A DNA stretch of 64,000 bases from Friedmanniella sp. (GCA_965218535.1 CBDCLF010000001.1:1003150-1067149), one strand, 5' to 3'. Shown: positions 19,387 through 29,802, numbered from the stretch's first letter. A program made the numbers and translations. The notes: a model not told the origin generated them from the letters alone.

Positions 19387-20918
19387 GCACGACGAGTAGG
19401 CCGGTGGGACCGGCGACCCCGACGACGGCACCCGCACCCGGGACCGCCGCGCCCCGAGACAGCGCCGCGGCCCGTCGGCGTTGGGTGGTCGCGGCCGTGG
19501 CCGCGGCGCTGATCGGCGCGGGCCTCACCCTGGTCGGCGGGCCGCACTCCCCCGACTTGGACACCCGGACCGGCGACCCGGTGCTGGCCGCCGACCTGAC
19601 CGGAGTCCTGCGCGACGACCGTGGACTGGAGTCGGTGTCGGCCGCCCGGGTGGTCCAGGGCGAGACGGTGTTCGCCGGTCTGGGTGGCGCCCAGAGCCCG
19701 GCGCCGACCCCGGACACGCCGTTCGAACTCGGTTCGATCACCAAGACCATGACGGGGCTGTTACTGGCCGACGGCATAACCCACGGCGAGCTCGCGCTGG
19801 ACGCAACGCTGCAGACCTACCTGCCCGAGCTGGCCGGAACCGCGGTCGGCTCGGCCACGCTGGAGCAGTTGGCCACCCATACCGCCGGGCTGCCGCCGTT
19901 CCCGACCGCTTCGACCCCTGCGGTGCTGTTCCGGGTGGTCACGAATCAAAACCCCTACGACGACTCGACCGCGGCGATGCTGGCTGCGGCCCGGACCACC
20001 ACGGTGACCGATCGTGGGCAGTACCGCTACTCCAACCTGGGGATGGCGTTGCTCGGGCACGCCGAGGCCCGGGCGGCCGGAGTCGCGGACTGGCCGACGC
20101 TGGCCACGCAGCGGATTCTGGGGCCGCTGGAGATGACCCAGACCAACTTCGCCAGGTCGGCGGCCGACGTGCCGGCTGGAGCCGCACCCCCACGACACCA
20201 GAACGGCTGGCCGGCCGCCTACTGGTACGGCCCCGCGTTCGCTCCGGCCGGGTCGTCGACGTGGACCACGGCCCGCGACCTGGCCCGCTACGCCGATGCC
20301 CTGCTCGCGGGTACGGTGCCGGGTCGGACCGCCCTGGAGCCGCGGCGAGACATCCCGCGCGGCCGGATCGGGTTGGCCTTCCACCTCCGTGAGGTGAACG
20401 ACCGCTCGATCACCTGGCACAACGGGGGCACCGGTGGCTATCGCACGATCATGGCTCTGGATCGCCGGGCCGGGCGAGCGGTGATCGTCCTGACCAACAG
20501 CACCCGCGACGTCGACGCCGCCGGGATGGCCCTGGCGGCCAGTCCGGTCGGAGCCCCACCGGCCGGCGCCGACCGGCTGCCCATCGACTGGCCCGGCCTG
20601 CTGGGCACCCTCGCTGCCGGACTCGTTCTCGTTCTTTCCGCGGGCCGCACCCTGCTCCGCGGGCGGGACCGGCTCACCCTGGCCAACGCCGTCGCTCTCG
20701 GCATCGCGGGACTGCTGCTGCTGTTGGTGCACGGGCCGTGGGCGATCGCGCCGGCCTGGCTGTGGGGCGCACTGGCCGGCGTCAGTGCGGTGGCCCTGCT
20801 CAGGGGCGGCCGGCGCTTCCGGTCGCTTCCGGGCTGGCCGGCCCGCCGCCGCTGGGCCGGGCTGGTGTCGAGCGCGATCGCGCTGCTAGTGGTGGTCGCG
20901 CTGGTGGCGACCTGCTGA
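19383..20918 (+). CDS. Membrane-anchored serine hydrolase (beta-lactamase/AmpC-like family)
   Basis: FELGSITK (SxxK), YSN, WHNGGTGG; N-terminal TM and C-terminal TM bundle; overlaps the regulator stop. Confidence 0.9.
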   Translation: MSTTSRPVGPATPTTAPAPGTAAPRDSAAARRRWVVAAVAAALIGAGLTLVGGPHSPDLDTRTGDPVLAADLTGVLRDDRGLESVSAARVVQGETVFAGLGGAQSPAPTPDTPFELGSITKTMTGLLLADGITHGELALDATLQTYLPELAGTAVGSATLEQLATHTAGLPPFPTASTPAVLFRVVTNQNPYDDSTAAMLAAARTTTVTDRGQYRYSNLGMALLGHAEARAAGVADWPTLATQRILGPLEMTQTNFARSAADVPAGAAPPRHQNGWPAAYWYGPAFAPAGSSTWTTARDLARYADALLAGTVPGRTALEPRRDIPRGRIGLAFHLREVNDRSITWHNGGTGGYRTIMALDRRAGRAVIVLTNSTRDVDAAGMALAASPVGAPPAGADRLPIDWPGLLGTLAAGLVLVLSAGRTLLRGRDRLTLANAVALGIAGLLLLLVHGPWAIAPAWLWGALAGVSAVALLRGGRRFRSLPGWPARRRWAGLVSSAIALLVVVALVATC

Positions 20919-20936
20919 GTTCAGCCGGACCCGGCT

Positions 20937-21656
20937 CTATCCGGCCTGGCCGCGGGGACGCACACGGCGGCGGTCGTAGGTCCAGGCGGCCACCGCGAGC
21001 AGGGCGATCAGCGCCAGCAGCGCGGCGCCGTTGCGGAGCGCCACCGGATACCCCAGCGCACCGACGTCGACGAACGGGTAGGGATACCAGCCCGACGCAG
21101 CACCGTGCGCGAGCGTGAGCAGGACGTACGCGGCGGGCCAGACCAGCGTCCACGCCAAGATCCGCCGGCCGGGCCGGCCCTGCGGGCGAAAGAGCAGGAA
21201 GCCCAGCACGGCCAGGGCGGGCGTGACCCGATGCACACCGGCATTGGCCACCGCGTCCCAGCCGGAGTGGGTCAGCGTCGGCGCGAGCAGGACCGCGTAG
21301 ACCACGCCGGTGACCAGGATGCCCACGACGGCGTCGATTCGCAGCACGAGCCAGCCGCTCCACCGCGAGCTGCGGCTCAAAGCGGCCTGGGCGGAACTCA
21401 GCACGACCAGCAGGTTGCTCTGGATGGTGAAGTAGCACAAGAGCCGGACCACGGCCGTGCCGGTGGTCGGCTGCTGCTCGACTCCGACGAAGTCGGGCCG
21501 GGCGCCGGTGAGGACCAAGACGAGCTGCAGGGCCAGCCCGGCGAGACCCACGACTGCGGTCAGTCCTGCCCACCCACGCGCCAGCCGATTCGGCCGAGGC
21601 GCGGCCGGCTCAGCGTTGCGGTCCACCGACGGGTTCGGCCGAGGCGGCCGGGACAA
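20937..21656 (-). CDS. Pr6Pr / FAR-17a-like membrane protein
   Basis: YFTIQSN, TGVVY..LL, H...P, GWYPYPFVD. Confidence 0.85.
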   Translation of the reverse strand: MSRPPRPNPSVDRNAEPAAPRPNRLARGWAGLTAVVGLAGLALQLVLVLTGARPDFVGVEQQPTTGTAVVRLLCYFTIQSNLLVVLSSAQAALSRSSRWSGWLVLRIDAVVGILVTGVVYAVLLAPTLTHSGWDAVANAGVHRVTPALAVLGFLLFRPQGRPGRRILAWTLVWPAAYVLLTLAHGAASGWYPYPFVDVGALGYPVALRNGAALLALIALLAVAAWTYDRRRVRPRGQAG

Positions 21657-23325
21657 CCGGGGTCGGCGGCCGCGCCGGCCTGGACCGCTGGGTCGCGCGG
21701 GTGCGCAGCGGGAACAGCTCGCGCCGGTCCGGCCGAAGCCACCACAACACGACCGCCAGCAGCACGCTCAGCTGGACGATCGGGGAGACGGTGTCCCGGA
21801 TCCGGGTGGCGGTGAAGTCCAGCGCCGGTCCGACGTCGATCGCCCGGCCGGGCACGTAGGCCAGCGACAGCGGCGCGATCCGCAGCAGCATGATCGAGTC
21901 CAGCTTGCTGGCGCCGAGCACGGCCAGCGGTGCCCAGGCGATCAGGTCGTACCACGACAGCGTGTACATCGAGGTGATCAACCAGGCGACCGACAACACG
22001 ACTCCGGTCCGCAGCGCGATGGTCAGCGGGTCGCGCCGGGGGTCGGCGCCGCGGGACAACCCGGGCGCCGCTGTCCACGGCACCACCCGGGACAGCATCC
22101 ACGCGATCACGAACAGGCCGAGGTAGGACAGCACGCCGACGACGACCTTGGCGTGGAAACCGGTCATCAGCTGGGCCAGCAACGTAAAGATCGGGTTGGC
22201 CCAGGACCCGACCGAAACGTAGCCGCCGTTGCGTAAGGCCTGGAAGAACGCGGTCGGCTGCCAGACCACGTAGGCCAGTCCCATCGGGATGGCGGTGCCC
22301 AGACACAGCAGGACCGCGTGCTTGAGCTGGCGCCGATAGGCCCAGAGCATGGCCAGCCCCCAGATCCCGATACTGACCTTGCCGCAGCCGGCCAGCCCGA
22401 TCCCCAGCCCGGCCAGGAACGGGTGTTTGCGGATGAACAGCAGCGCGGCCAGGGCGAACATGACCGAGATGGCCTCGTTGTGCGCACCGGCGATCACCGC
22501 CCAGATCAGGGTCGGGTTGCAGACCACGAGCAACGCGGCTCGGGCCTGGCGCTGCCGGTCGCCGTGGGCCAGCACGATCACCAGCCCGCCGGCCACGACG
22601 AAGGGGACGAAGGCGAACAGTTGCAGCCAGAACACGATGTCGTGCATGTTCTCCCCGCCCAGCTTGTTGGCCAGCAGCTGCAACCAGGAGGTGATCGGGC
22701 CGTACACACTGGGGGTGTCCTGCCAGGGCCGCTCGGTCCAGCGCAGCACCGGGTCGAATTGACCGCGGAAGATCTCGGCCGGGGTGATCTCGTACGGGTC
22801 GCGGCCGATCACCTGCAGCCGCCCGTACGCGGCGTACATCAACACGTCGGCCGAGGTCATCGGGGGGACGAGACTGGTCAGCAGGCTGAGCCCGGTGCCC
22901 AGCGCGAACAACCGCCGTGGCCGGGGCCGCCAGCCGTCGGCCAGCGCGCGGAGGGCGACGAACAGCCCGACGGCGCCGGCGATCACCGCGAGCCAGATGG
23001 TCGCCGACACGGCCCACTCGTTCGGGTGCACGGTGCCGACCGGCAGGTACCACGGCGGCAGGTAGCCGTCCCGGGGACCGAGGGTAAGGGTCACCGCGGA
23101 CGGGCCGAGGAAGCCGACCACCACCGTCAGGGCGGTCGCGCCGACGATGCCGGCCAGTCCCCAACGGTGGTCGCGGTGCCAGACCGTGGGCCGATAGACC
23201 CGGCGGGGTGGTCGGGCGGGGTTCCCCGGCCGGCCGCGGTGCCCGCGGGCGCCGGCGTGGTACGGCGCCCGGTCCGGTCGGGCGGCGGCGGGGTGTCGCC
23301 GCCCGGCCTGTTTCGCTCCGCTCAC
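21610..23325 (-). CDS. Polyprenol-P-sugar-dependent GT-C glycosyltransferase (MptA/MptB-like)
   Basis: PPMTSADVLMYAAYG, PSVYGP, NP, GAHNE, K; multiple TM; GTG start overlaps the upstream stop. Confidence 0.85.
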   Translation of the reverse strand: MSGAKQAGRRHPAAARPDRAPYHAGARGHRGRPGNPARPPRRVYRPTVWHRDHRWGLAGIVGATALTVVVGFLGPSAVTLTLGPRDGYLPPWYLPVGTVHPNEWAVSATIWLAVIAGAVGLFVALRALADGWRPRPRRLFALGTGLSLLTSLVPPMTSADVLMYAAYGRLQVIGRDPYEITPAEIFRGQFDPVLRWTERPWQDTPSVYGPITSWLQLLANKLGGENMHDIVFWLQLFAFVPFVVAGGLVIVLAHGDRQRQARAALLVVCNPTLIWAVIAGAHNEAISVMFALAALLFIRKHPFLAGLGIGLAGCGKVSIGIWGLAMLWAYRRQLKHAVLLCLGTAIPMGLAYVVWQPTAFFQALRNGGYVSVGSWANPIFTLLAQLMTGFHAKVVVGVLSYLGLFVIAWMLSRVVPWTAAPGLSRGADPRRDPLTIALRTGVVLSVAWLITSMYTLSWYDLIAWAPLAVLGASKLDSIMLLRIAPLSLAYVPGRAIDVGPALDFTATRIRDTVSPIVQLSVLLAVVLWWLRPDRRELFPLRTRATQRSRPARPPTPVVPAASAEPVGGPQR

Positions 23326-24119
23326 CGGCCCCGGCCGAGTCGTTTGAGCAGACCCGGGACGCCGCCGGCGCCGGCCAGGTCCTTCAGCGGGGCGGCGGTC
23401 AGGCCCCGCGCGGCCAGGGCGCGGCCGACGTCGCGGAGTTGGGCGGCGCGGTGCAACTGGGCGGCGACGTCGTTGCCGCCCGCCCGGTGGGTCAGGGCGA
23501 GCGGGATCTCGCGCACCTGCAGCCCGGCCCGGAGCAGGTCGATGCTCATCCCCACCTCCATCCCCCAGCCGGCGGCGAGCGGACTGGCCAGCTCGAACGC
23601 GCGCCGGGTCAGGCACCGCTGGCCCGACAGCGGCGCCTGGGGGGTCCAACCGGTCAGTTCGGCGATCCCGCGCCGAGCGGTGCCGACCACCAGGCCGGCG
23701 CCGCCCGCCGGCTGTCCGTCGGCGGTCTGTTGCGGCGGCAGGACCGCGATGGTCAGGGCGACCTGGCCGCTGACCACCGGGTCGATCAGCGGAGCGCAGC
23801 GGGCAGCGGTGTCGCCGAGATCGGCGTCCAGCAGCAATAATGTCCCTGCCTCGGGGCGGGCGTCGCGCTGCTCGATCACCCCGAGACCGTTCACCGCCGA
23901 CTCGACCGCGGCGGCCTTGCCGCGGCTGCGGGTGTGCGACACCACGATCGCCCCGGCGGCCGCAGCCCGCTCGGCGGTCGCGTCCCGGCTGCCGTCGTCA
24001 CAGACGATGATCAGACCCACGCCGGGCAGCGTGCCGGCGGCGGCAACCGTGTCCTGGATCCGGTCCTGCTCATCCCTGGCCGGCACGATGCACGCGACCC
24101 GGGCCAGCGCAGCACTCAC
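23322..24119 (-). CDS. GT2 family glycosyltransferase
   Basis: [38 protein letters not shown]. Confidence 0.88.
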   Translation of the reverse strand: MSAALARVACIVPARDEQDRIQDTVAAAGTLPGVGLIIVCDDGSRDATAERAAAAGAIVVSHTRSRGKAAAVESAVNGLGVIEQRDARPEAGTLLLLDADLGDTAARCAPLIDPVVSGQVALTIAVLPPQQTADGQPAGGAGLVVGTARRGIAELTGWTPQAPLSGQRCLTRRAFELASPLAAGWGMEVGMSIDLLRAGLQVREIPLALTHRAGGNDVAAQLHRAAQLRDVGRALAARGLTAAPLKDLAGAGGVPGLLKRLGRGR

Positions 24120-24221
24120 GGGGCAAGGCTAGCCCGTACCCGGACGGTCGGCCGGCGACTCGTACGGGACCGACAGCGGCCACGGCGGTCCTGCCCGCTC
24201 CGGCCCGATAGGGTGCCCGCC

Positions 24222-25469
24222 ATGGACGCCGTAACCGACTCCTCAGTCTCCCCCAGCGGTTCGGTCGGATCGGGCGAGGGCGTCGCCCCGACCGGGGTGG
24301 CCACCGAGGTCGGGCGGCTGCGTACCGTAATGCTGCACCGTCCGGGCAACGAGCTTCGCCGGTTGACCCCGCGCAACAACGACACCCTGCTCTTCGACGG
24401 CCTGCCCTGGGTGGACCGGGCCCAAGCCGAACACGACGCGTTCGCCGATGCCCTGCGCAGCCACGACGTCGAGGTGCTCTACCTCAGCGAACTGCTGATC
24501 GCCACCCTGCAGGGGGCGCAGGCCCGGAGTGTGGCGGTGGAACAGGCGCTGAGCGCGTTGCACCTCGGCGACACGTTGCGCCGCTACCTGGAAGGGTTCC
24601 TGGCCGACACCGACGCCGCCGGACTGGCCGAGATCTTGACCGCCGGGCTGCGGTACGACGAGATCGGCCGGACCGGCAGTCTGGTCAGCGCCCTCAGCGC
24701 ACCCGAGGACTTCGCGATCGACCCGCTGCCCAACCTGTTGTTCACCCGCGACTCCAGCGTCTGGGTGCGCGACCGGGCGACCATCACCTCCCTGGCCATG
24801 CCCGCCCGGCGGCGGGAAACCCAGCTGACCGAGCTGATCTACGCCTTCCACCCCCGCTTCGCCGGCACGCAGCTGATCCACGGCTCCGGCCTGGAGCACC
24901 TCGAGGGCGGCGACGTGATGGCCCTGGCCGACGGCGTCCTCGCCATCGGCGTAGGCGAGCGGACCCAGCCGGCGGGTGCGGAACGGCTGGCCCGCACGGT
25001 GTTCGAGCTGGAACTGGCCCACACGGTGTTGGCGGTGCCGATCGACCAGGACCGCGCGACGATGCACCTGGACACCATCTGCACCATGGTGGACACCGAC
25101 TGCGTGGTGATGTATCCCAACGTCGCTCACCGACTGGCCGCGATGACCGTCCGGCCCGGTTCCGACGGGACGCTGCAGGTCGGACCGGAAGTTCCGTTCG
25201 TCGAGGCTGCGGCCCAGGCGATGGGGATCGACGAACTCCGGGTGATCGACACCGGGCTCGACCCGGTCACCGCCGAGCGGGAGCAGTGGGACGACGGCAA
25301 CAACACCTTGGCCGTGGGACCCAAGCTCGCAGTGGCCTACGAGCGCAACGTGAACACCAACGCTCGGTTGGAAGCCGAGGGGATCGAGGTGATCGCCATC
25401 TCCGGCTCCGAACTCGGCTCCGGCCGCGGCGGGCCGCGGTGCATGTCCTGCCCGATCAGCCGCGACTGA
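24222..25469 (+). CDS. arcA: Arginine deiminase
   Basis: [51 protein letters not shown]. Confidence 0.97.
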   Translation: MDAVTDSSVSPSGSVGSGEGVAPTGVATEVGRLRTVMLHRPGNELRRLTPRNNDTLLFDGLPWVDRAQAEHDAFADALRSHDVEVLYLSELLIATLQGAQARSVAVEQALSALHLGDTLRRYLEGFLADTDAAGLAEILTAGLRYDEIGRTGSLVSALSAPEDFAIDPLPNLLFTRDSSVWVRDRATITSLAMPARRRETQLTELIYAFHPRFAGTQLIHGSGLEHLEGGDVMALADGVLAIGVGERTQPAGAERLARTVFELELAHTVLAVPIDQDRATMHLDTICTMVDTDCVVMYPNVAHRLAAMTVRPGSDGTLQVGPEVPFVEAAAQAMGIDELRVIDTGLDPVTAEREQWDDGNNTLAVGPKLAVAYERNVNTNARLEAEGIEVIAISGSELGSGRGGPRCMSCPISRD

Positions 25470-25604
25470 CCGAGCGGGAGCCGGCTTCGGGCGTACGGTT
25501 CCCGACCACGGTCGGCATCCGAATCACCCCGACCAACCAACCCCCTGCCTACGTTTCCCGACCGAGGCGCTAACCCGCTCTCGGCCGGTACGAACCGTGG
25601 TCCC

Positions 25605-25619
25605 GGGGGGGGGGGGGGG
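25605..25619 (+). repeat. G15 homopolymer tract
   Basis: 15 consecutive G in the intergenic region between convergent arcA and rhodanese genes. Confidence 0.9.
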
Positions 25620-25728
25620 TACTCGCCGTAGCATGCCGGGCGAAGCAGCGAGGGGAAGGCGACGCCCGGAGCGACACTGCCTTATGGTCAACGCTTCGTC
25701 TTGACCGGCCGACCCGGTCCTGCGAAGC

Positions 25729-26040
25729 TCAGGACTCGATCGGCAATCCGGCCGCCGCCCAACCCTCGACTCCGCCGTCGAGGTTGCGCGCGTCGAGACC
25801 TTGCAGGTTGAGATATTGAGTGACTCGCTTGGAGCGCCCGCCGACCGCGCAGACGCAGATGACTTGCCGTCCGAGCTGGCTGACCTTCTCCACGATCTCG
25901 TCCATCGACACGTGCACCGAGCCCGGGATCCGGCCCTGAGCCCACTCCTCGTCGGTGCGCACGTCCAGCAGTGTCCAGCCCTGGTCCACCATGCCCTGGA
26001 CCTGATCGGGCTGGACGTCGGGGGTGTCGGAAACAGACAT
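25729..26040 (-). CDS. Rhodanese-like domain protein
   Basis: LLDVR...EW..GRIPG, CAVGGRS, NLDGG..GW. Confidence 0.92.
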   Translation of the reverse strand: MSVSDTPDVQPDQVQGMVDQGWTLLDVRTDEEWAQGRIPGSVHVSMDEIVEKVSQLGRQVICVCAVGGRSKRVTQYLNLQGLDARNLDGGVEGWAAAGLPIES

Positions 26041-26112
26041 GAACTCAGCGTAGCCATTCTCGAAAGGCGAGGGACCTCAACGAACAGACCCAACGGTTGG
26101 TGCCCGTCGAAC

Positions 26113-26976
26113 TCAGCGCAATAGCTTCGAGAGCCGACGGTCGGCCAGGGGCCTGCCTCCGGTCTGGCAGGTCGGGCAGTACTGCAGCGAGGAGTCGGCG
26201 AAGGACACCTCGGCGATAGTGTCGCCGCACACCGGACACGGCTCGCCCTTGCGCCCGTGCACCCGCAGCCCGGACTTCTTCTCCCCCTTCAGGTCCTTGG
26301 CGGCCAAACCCTCCGCGCGCTGGATCGCCCCCGCCAGTTCCTGCTTGATCGCGGCGAACAGCGTGGCCCGCTCCGTCAGAGTCAATCCGGCCGCGGGTTT
26401 GAACGGACTCAGCCGGGCTGCGTGCAAGATCTCGTCGGAGTAGGCGTTCCCGATGCCGGCGATCACCCGCTGATCCTTGAGTACCCCCTTCAGCTGGGAC
26501 CGACCGGCCCGGTCGAGCAGGGCGTCCAGCGCATCGGCGTCGAACTCCGACGCCAACGGATCGGGTCCGAGGGTGGCCACCATGTCGATACTGGCCGGAT
26601 CGGTGACCACGTAGACGGCGAGTTTGCGCTGCGTACCGGCCTCGGTCAGGTCAAAGCCGGAGCCGTCGTCGAGCCGGAGCCGCAGCGACAGCGGGCCGCG
26701 GCCCGGTCGCGGCGGCGTCGTGGGGAGCTCGTCGCGCCACCGCAGCCAGCCGGCCCGGGCCAGATGGAAGACCAGGTGCAGACCCTGCGCGGACACGTCC
26801 AGGAACTTGCCGTGCCGGGTCACGCCGTCGATCTCCAGCCCGAGCAAGGCGGTCAACGGTGGGTCGTAGGTCTTCAGCGCACTGAACGCGGCCAGGTCCA
26901 GCCCGGCGATGGTGTGGCCCACGCAGCGGTCGCGCAGAAATCGCGCCAACGACTCGACCTCGGGCATCTCGGGCAC
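26113..26976 (-). CDS. Fpg/Nei family DNA glycosylase
   Basis: MPEMPEVE, GKFL, AGIGNAYSDEIL, CPVC...CPTCQ zinc finger. Confidence 0.94.
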   Translation of the reverse strand: MPEMPEVESLARFLRDRCVGHTIAGLDLAAFSALKTYDPPLTALLGLEIDGVTRHGKFLDVSAQGLHLVFHLARAGWLRWRDELPTTPPRPGRGPLSLRLRLDDGSGFDLTEAGTQRKLAVYVVTDPASIDMVATLGPDPLASEFDADALDALLDRAGRSQLKGVLKDQRVIAGIGNAYSDEILHAARLSPFKPAAGLTLTERATLFAAIKQELAGAIQRAEGLAAKDLKGEKKSGLRVHGRKGEPCPVCGDTIAEVSFADSSLQYCPTCQTGGRPLADRRLSKLLR

Positions 26977-27003
26977 ACCGCCATTATCACCCGGGTCGAG
27001 CGG

Positions 27004-27684
27004 TCAGCCGGGTGGCCAATGCGGCTCGGGCTGCGCAAGCGCAGCGGGAAGTCGGCTCACGTAGTCCGCGCGATCCCATTCGAGGGCCCCGAGGCTAGCC
27101 AGATGGTCGGTGCGCCACTGGACGTCGAGCAACCGGTGCTCGATTCCGGGTGCAGCCAACCGCTCGACGAGAGCGACCAGCGCCGCCTTGGAGGCGTCCC
27201 GGCCGATCTCGGGATCGTGGAACATCGACTCACCGGCGAACAGCCCGCCCAGGCTGATCCCGTACAGGCCACCCGCCAGCAGGTCACCGGACCAGGCCTC
27301 AACGGAGTGGGCGACCCCCTCGCGGTGCAGCGTGCAGTAAACCTCGGCGATCCGGTCGTCGATCCAGCCACCACGGCGGCGCGGATCGGCGCAGGCGGCG
27401 AGAACGGCAGGAAAGGCGGTGTCGACGGTGATCCGGTAGCGGGGCAACATCTTGCGCAGCGACCGGGATACCCGCAGACCGTCCAGGGGCAGCACCGCCC
27501 GGTGCAGCGGCGACCACCACCCCATCAGATCGGCACTGACCGGCATCGGGAACACGCCCGTGGCGTAGGCCGCCCGAACCAGGCCCTGATCGAATTCGGC
27601 CGAGACCGCAATCAGGTCGTCGGGGGGCCAGCCGACCGGGTCGCCGAAGACCGAGTCGCTCCGACGAGGTCGACGTCGGATCAC
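27004..27684 (-). CDS. aat: Leucyl/phenylalanyl-tRNA--protein transferase
   Basis: AY..GVFP, WWSP..R, SRSLRK, AHSVEAW, GGLYG, FAGESMFH, DASKAAL, LLDVQ..T.HL.SLG; start uncertain. Confidence 0.94.
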   Translation of the reverse strand: MIRRRPRRSDSVFGDPVGWPPDDLIAVSAEFDQGLVRAAYATGVFPMPVSADLMGWWSPLHRAVLPLDGLRVSRSLRKMLPRYRITVDTAFPAVLAACADPRRRGGWIDDRIAEVYCTLHREGVAHSVEAWSGDLLAGGLYGISLGGLFAGESMFHDPEIGRDASKAALVALVERLAAPGIEHRLLDVQWRTDHLASLGALEWDRADYVSRLPAALAQPEPHWPPG

Positions 27685-27767
27685 CGGCGCCCACCGGCCC
27701 GGCCTGGTTCCCCTCGCACGTCCCGAGTCTGGTCCCCGGCCGGGAACCGGGGCGAGGGCGGGGTCGA

Positions 27768-27813
27768 AGGCAGGTAGTTGAGGCAGGTAGTTGAGGCAGG
27801 TAGTTGAGGCAGG
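27768..27813 (+). repeat. 13-bp tandem repeat AGGCAGGTAGTTG x3.5
   Basis: Units at 27768, 27781, 27794, partial at 27807; lies in a divergent intergenic region. Confidence 0.9.
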
Positions 27814-27914
27814 GGGTCGAGGCGCGCCTGCCACGTACGCTGGACGTACTCCCGGCGGGTCGCCGACCGGGTCCGTTCCCGGACCGCCGAGAACGCCCCC
27901 ACGCAAGGAGCGCC

Positions 27915-28613
27915 ATGCCCACAGCCCAGGGAGTCGGCCGGATGATCGTACGCGGCATCGGCCCGGTGGCGCGCAGCGTTTCCCCGCATGCTGCCGGCGG
28001 TGCCCTGCGGCAGGTGCTGGAGGTGGCCATCGACGGCTACGGGCGGCTGCCGGGAGCCAAGACCGCTGCCGCTCGCCACCTGCAGCGCCACGGCGGCTCG
28101 GTCGACGCCGCGATCGAGTCGGTCATCGCCCACCACGTCCGGCTGGCCTCGGCGCAGGGCTTCGTCACCAACCTCGGCGGCGTGGCCGCGATGCCGGTCT
28201 CGATTCCGGCCAACCTCACCGGGGTCGCGGTCGTCCAGGTCCGGATGGTGGCGGCGCTGGCTCACCTGCGCGGCTACGACGTCAACGACCTTCGGGTTCG
28301 GACCGCGTTGGTGATGTGCCTGCTGGGGGCGGAGTCGGTGGCTGAGCAGATCGACCGTGGCGCCCTGCCGACCTCGCCGATGGCGATCGCCACCGCGCCG
28401 GTCTTCGACGCCGTCCTCGACCACCGAGTCGCCGAGGCGGTGGTGGCCGGCCTCGCCAGCCGGATCGGCGGCAAGAACGTCGCCGTCGCGGTCACCCGAC
28501 GGGTGCCCCTGCTCGGCGGTGGGATCAGCGCGGTTCTGGACGCGGTCTCGACCCGTCAGGTCGGGGCGTACGCCAGCCGCGAACTGGTGCGTCGCCGGGC
28601 CCTGCTGCGCTGA
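27915..28613 (+). CDS. EcsC family protein
   Basis: AAGGAG RBS; QGFVTNLGG, QVRMVAALAHLRGYD, RRVPLLGG. Confidence 0.82.
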   Translation: MPTAQGVGRMIVRGIGPVARSVSPHAAGGALRQVLEVAIDGYGRLPGAKTAAARHLQRHGGSVDAAIESVIAHHVRLASAQGFVTNLGGVAAMPVSIPANLTGVAVVQVRMVAALAHLRGYDVNDLRVRTALVMCLLGAESVAEQIDRGALPTSPMAIATAPVFDAVLDHRVAEAVVAGLASRIGGKNVAVAVTRRVPLLGGGISAVLDAVSTRQVGAYASRELVRRRALLR

Positions 28614-28647
28614 GGCCGGTCCTGCCGCGCTCAAGCTTGAGCGGTTC

Positions 28648-29208
28648 TCAGCCGTTCAGCTCCGGCCGACTCCAGTACCAGGTCGTGTCCAGCCGGGCTC
28701 GGGCCGCCCGACCGCCGGCGACCAAGACGATGCCGGCCAGCAGGGAGAACACCCAGGCCACACCGAGGTAGCAACGGACCCCGCCGGCCTCCATCAGTTG
28801 GAAGCCGATGATGACCACCGGAGCGCTCAGGGAGAGACTCCACCCTCCGATCAGCACGAATCGCCGCACCCAGCGGCCCACGTCGGGAACCGCGAGGACC
28901 CAGCAGAACGCGATGCCAAACAGGAGGCCGACGTGCTGGAGGGACAGGCCGTAGTAGGTCAGGTTCAGCCCGGCGGCAAGTGCATTGACGTCGGTGACCG
29001 GGCCGAACGCCGGCCCGCCGGCCTGCGCGGCCAGAAAGAAGGCACTGGCGGGGAACATCGACCGGCCGAATTCGGTGGCCGCCTGCACGCCGACGTGCGG
29101 AGTGAACACACTGGCGAGCATCAAGACCACGGCCACGGCCACCACGGGGATCCGGCGATGAATACCTCGACGGCGGGCTTCGACCTCCTCAGCGGCCGGA
29201 GTAATCAT
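28648..29208 (-). CDS. Hypothetical integral membrane protein
   Basis: About 4 hydrophobic helices; GGAGG upstream. Confidence 0.72.
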   Translation of the reverse strand: MITPAAEEVEARRRGIHRRIPVVAVAVVLMLASVFTPHVGVQAATEFGRSMFPASAFFLAAQAGGPAFGPVTDVNALAAGLNLTYYGLSLQHVGLLFGIAFCWVLAVPDVGRWVRRFVLIGGWSLSLSAPVVIIGFQLMEAGGVRCYLGVAWVFSLLAGIVLVAGGRAARARLDTTWYWSRPELNG

Positions 29209-29352
29209 GCGATGCCCTCCGTCGCATCAGGCCGCATCCTCCGGTTCACACCACGAACCTTACGTGGCACGTTCACGAGGGAGCCGAACGCGCACCGGCC
29301 GCCCGCCACCGGACCAGCAGCCCGCCGACGCACCCACCGGAGGCCCAGCAAC

Positions 29353-29802
29353 TCAGTCGGCGGTGTTCACCGACAACTGAACGTGAGCGGTGACCGCGTC
29401 GTGCAACTTCACTCCCACGGTGTGCGCCCCGAGGCTCTTGATCGGCTTGGCGATCTGGATCGCGCGCTTGTCGACCGACGGCCCGCCGGCCTTCTTGATC
29501 GCCCCGACCAAATCGGCCGGGGTAACCGCACCGAAGAGCTTGCCGTTCTCCCCCGAACGCACGTCGAGTTGCAGCGTCATCTGCTCCAGCTGAGCGCGCA
29601 CCTCCTGGGCGTGGTCGACGCCACGGATCTCGCGGGCGTCCCGACTGCGCTTGATGCCCTCGATCTGCTTCTCCCCGCCGCGGGTCCAGCGGATCGCGAA
29701 CCCGCGCGGAACCAGATAGTTGCGGCCGTACCCGTCGCGGACCTCGACGACGTCACCGGCCAGGCCGAGGTTGTCGACCTCGGCGGTCAAGATGAGCTTC
29801 AT
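29353..29802 (-). CDS. rplI: 50S ribosomal protein L9
   Basis: MKLIL..EV.NLG..GDVVEV.DGYGRNYL.P, KLFG. Confidence 0.99.
   Translation of the reverse strand: MKLILTAEVDNLGLAGDVVEVRDGYGRNYLVPRGFAIRWTRGGEKQIEGIKRSRDAREIRGVDHAQEVRAQLEQMTLQLDVRSGENGKLFGAVTPADLVGAIKKAGGPSVDKRAIQIAKPIKSLGAHTVGVKLHDAVTAHVQLSVNTAD

Noticed and set aside
25480-25720. SRP, 6C or Ms1 RNA identity
   Set aside because: Lacks the SRP domain IV motif and the paired C6-loop hairpins; no resemblance recognised
8687-27684. bpa + aat as a dedicated proteolysis system
   Set aside because: About 18 kb apart among unrelated housekeeping genes
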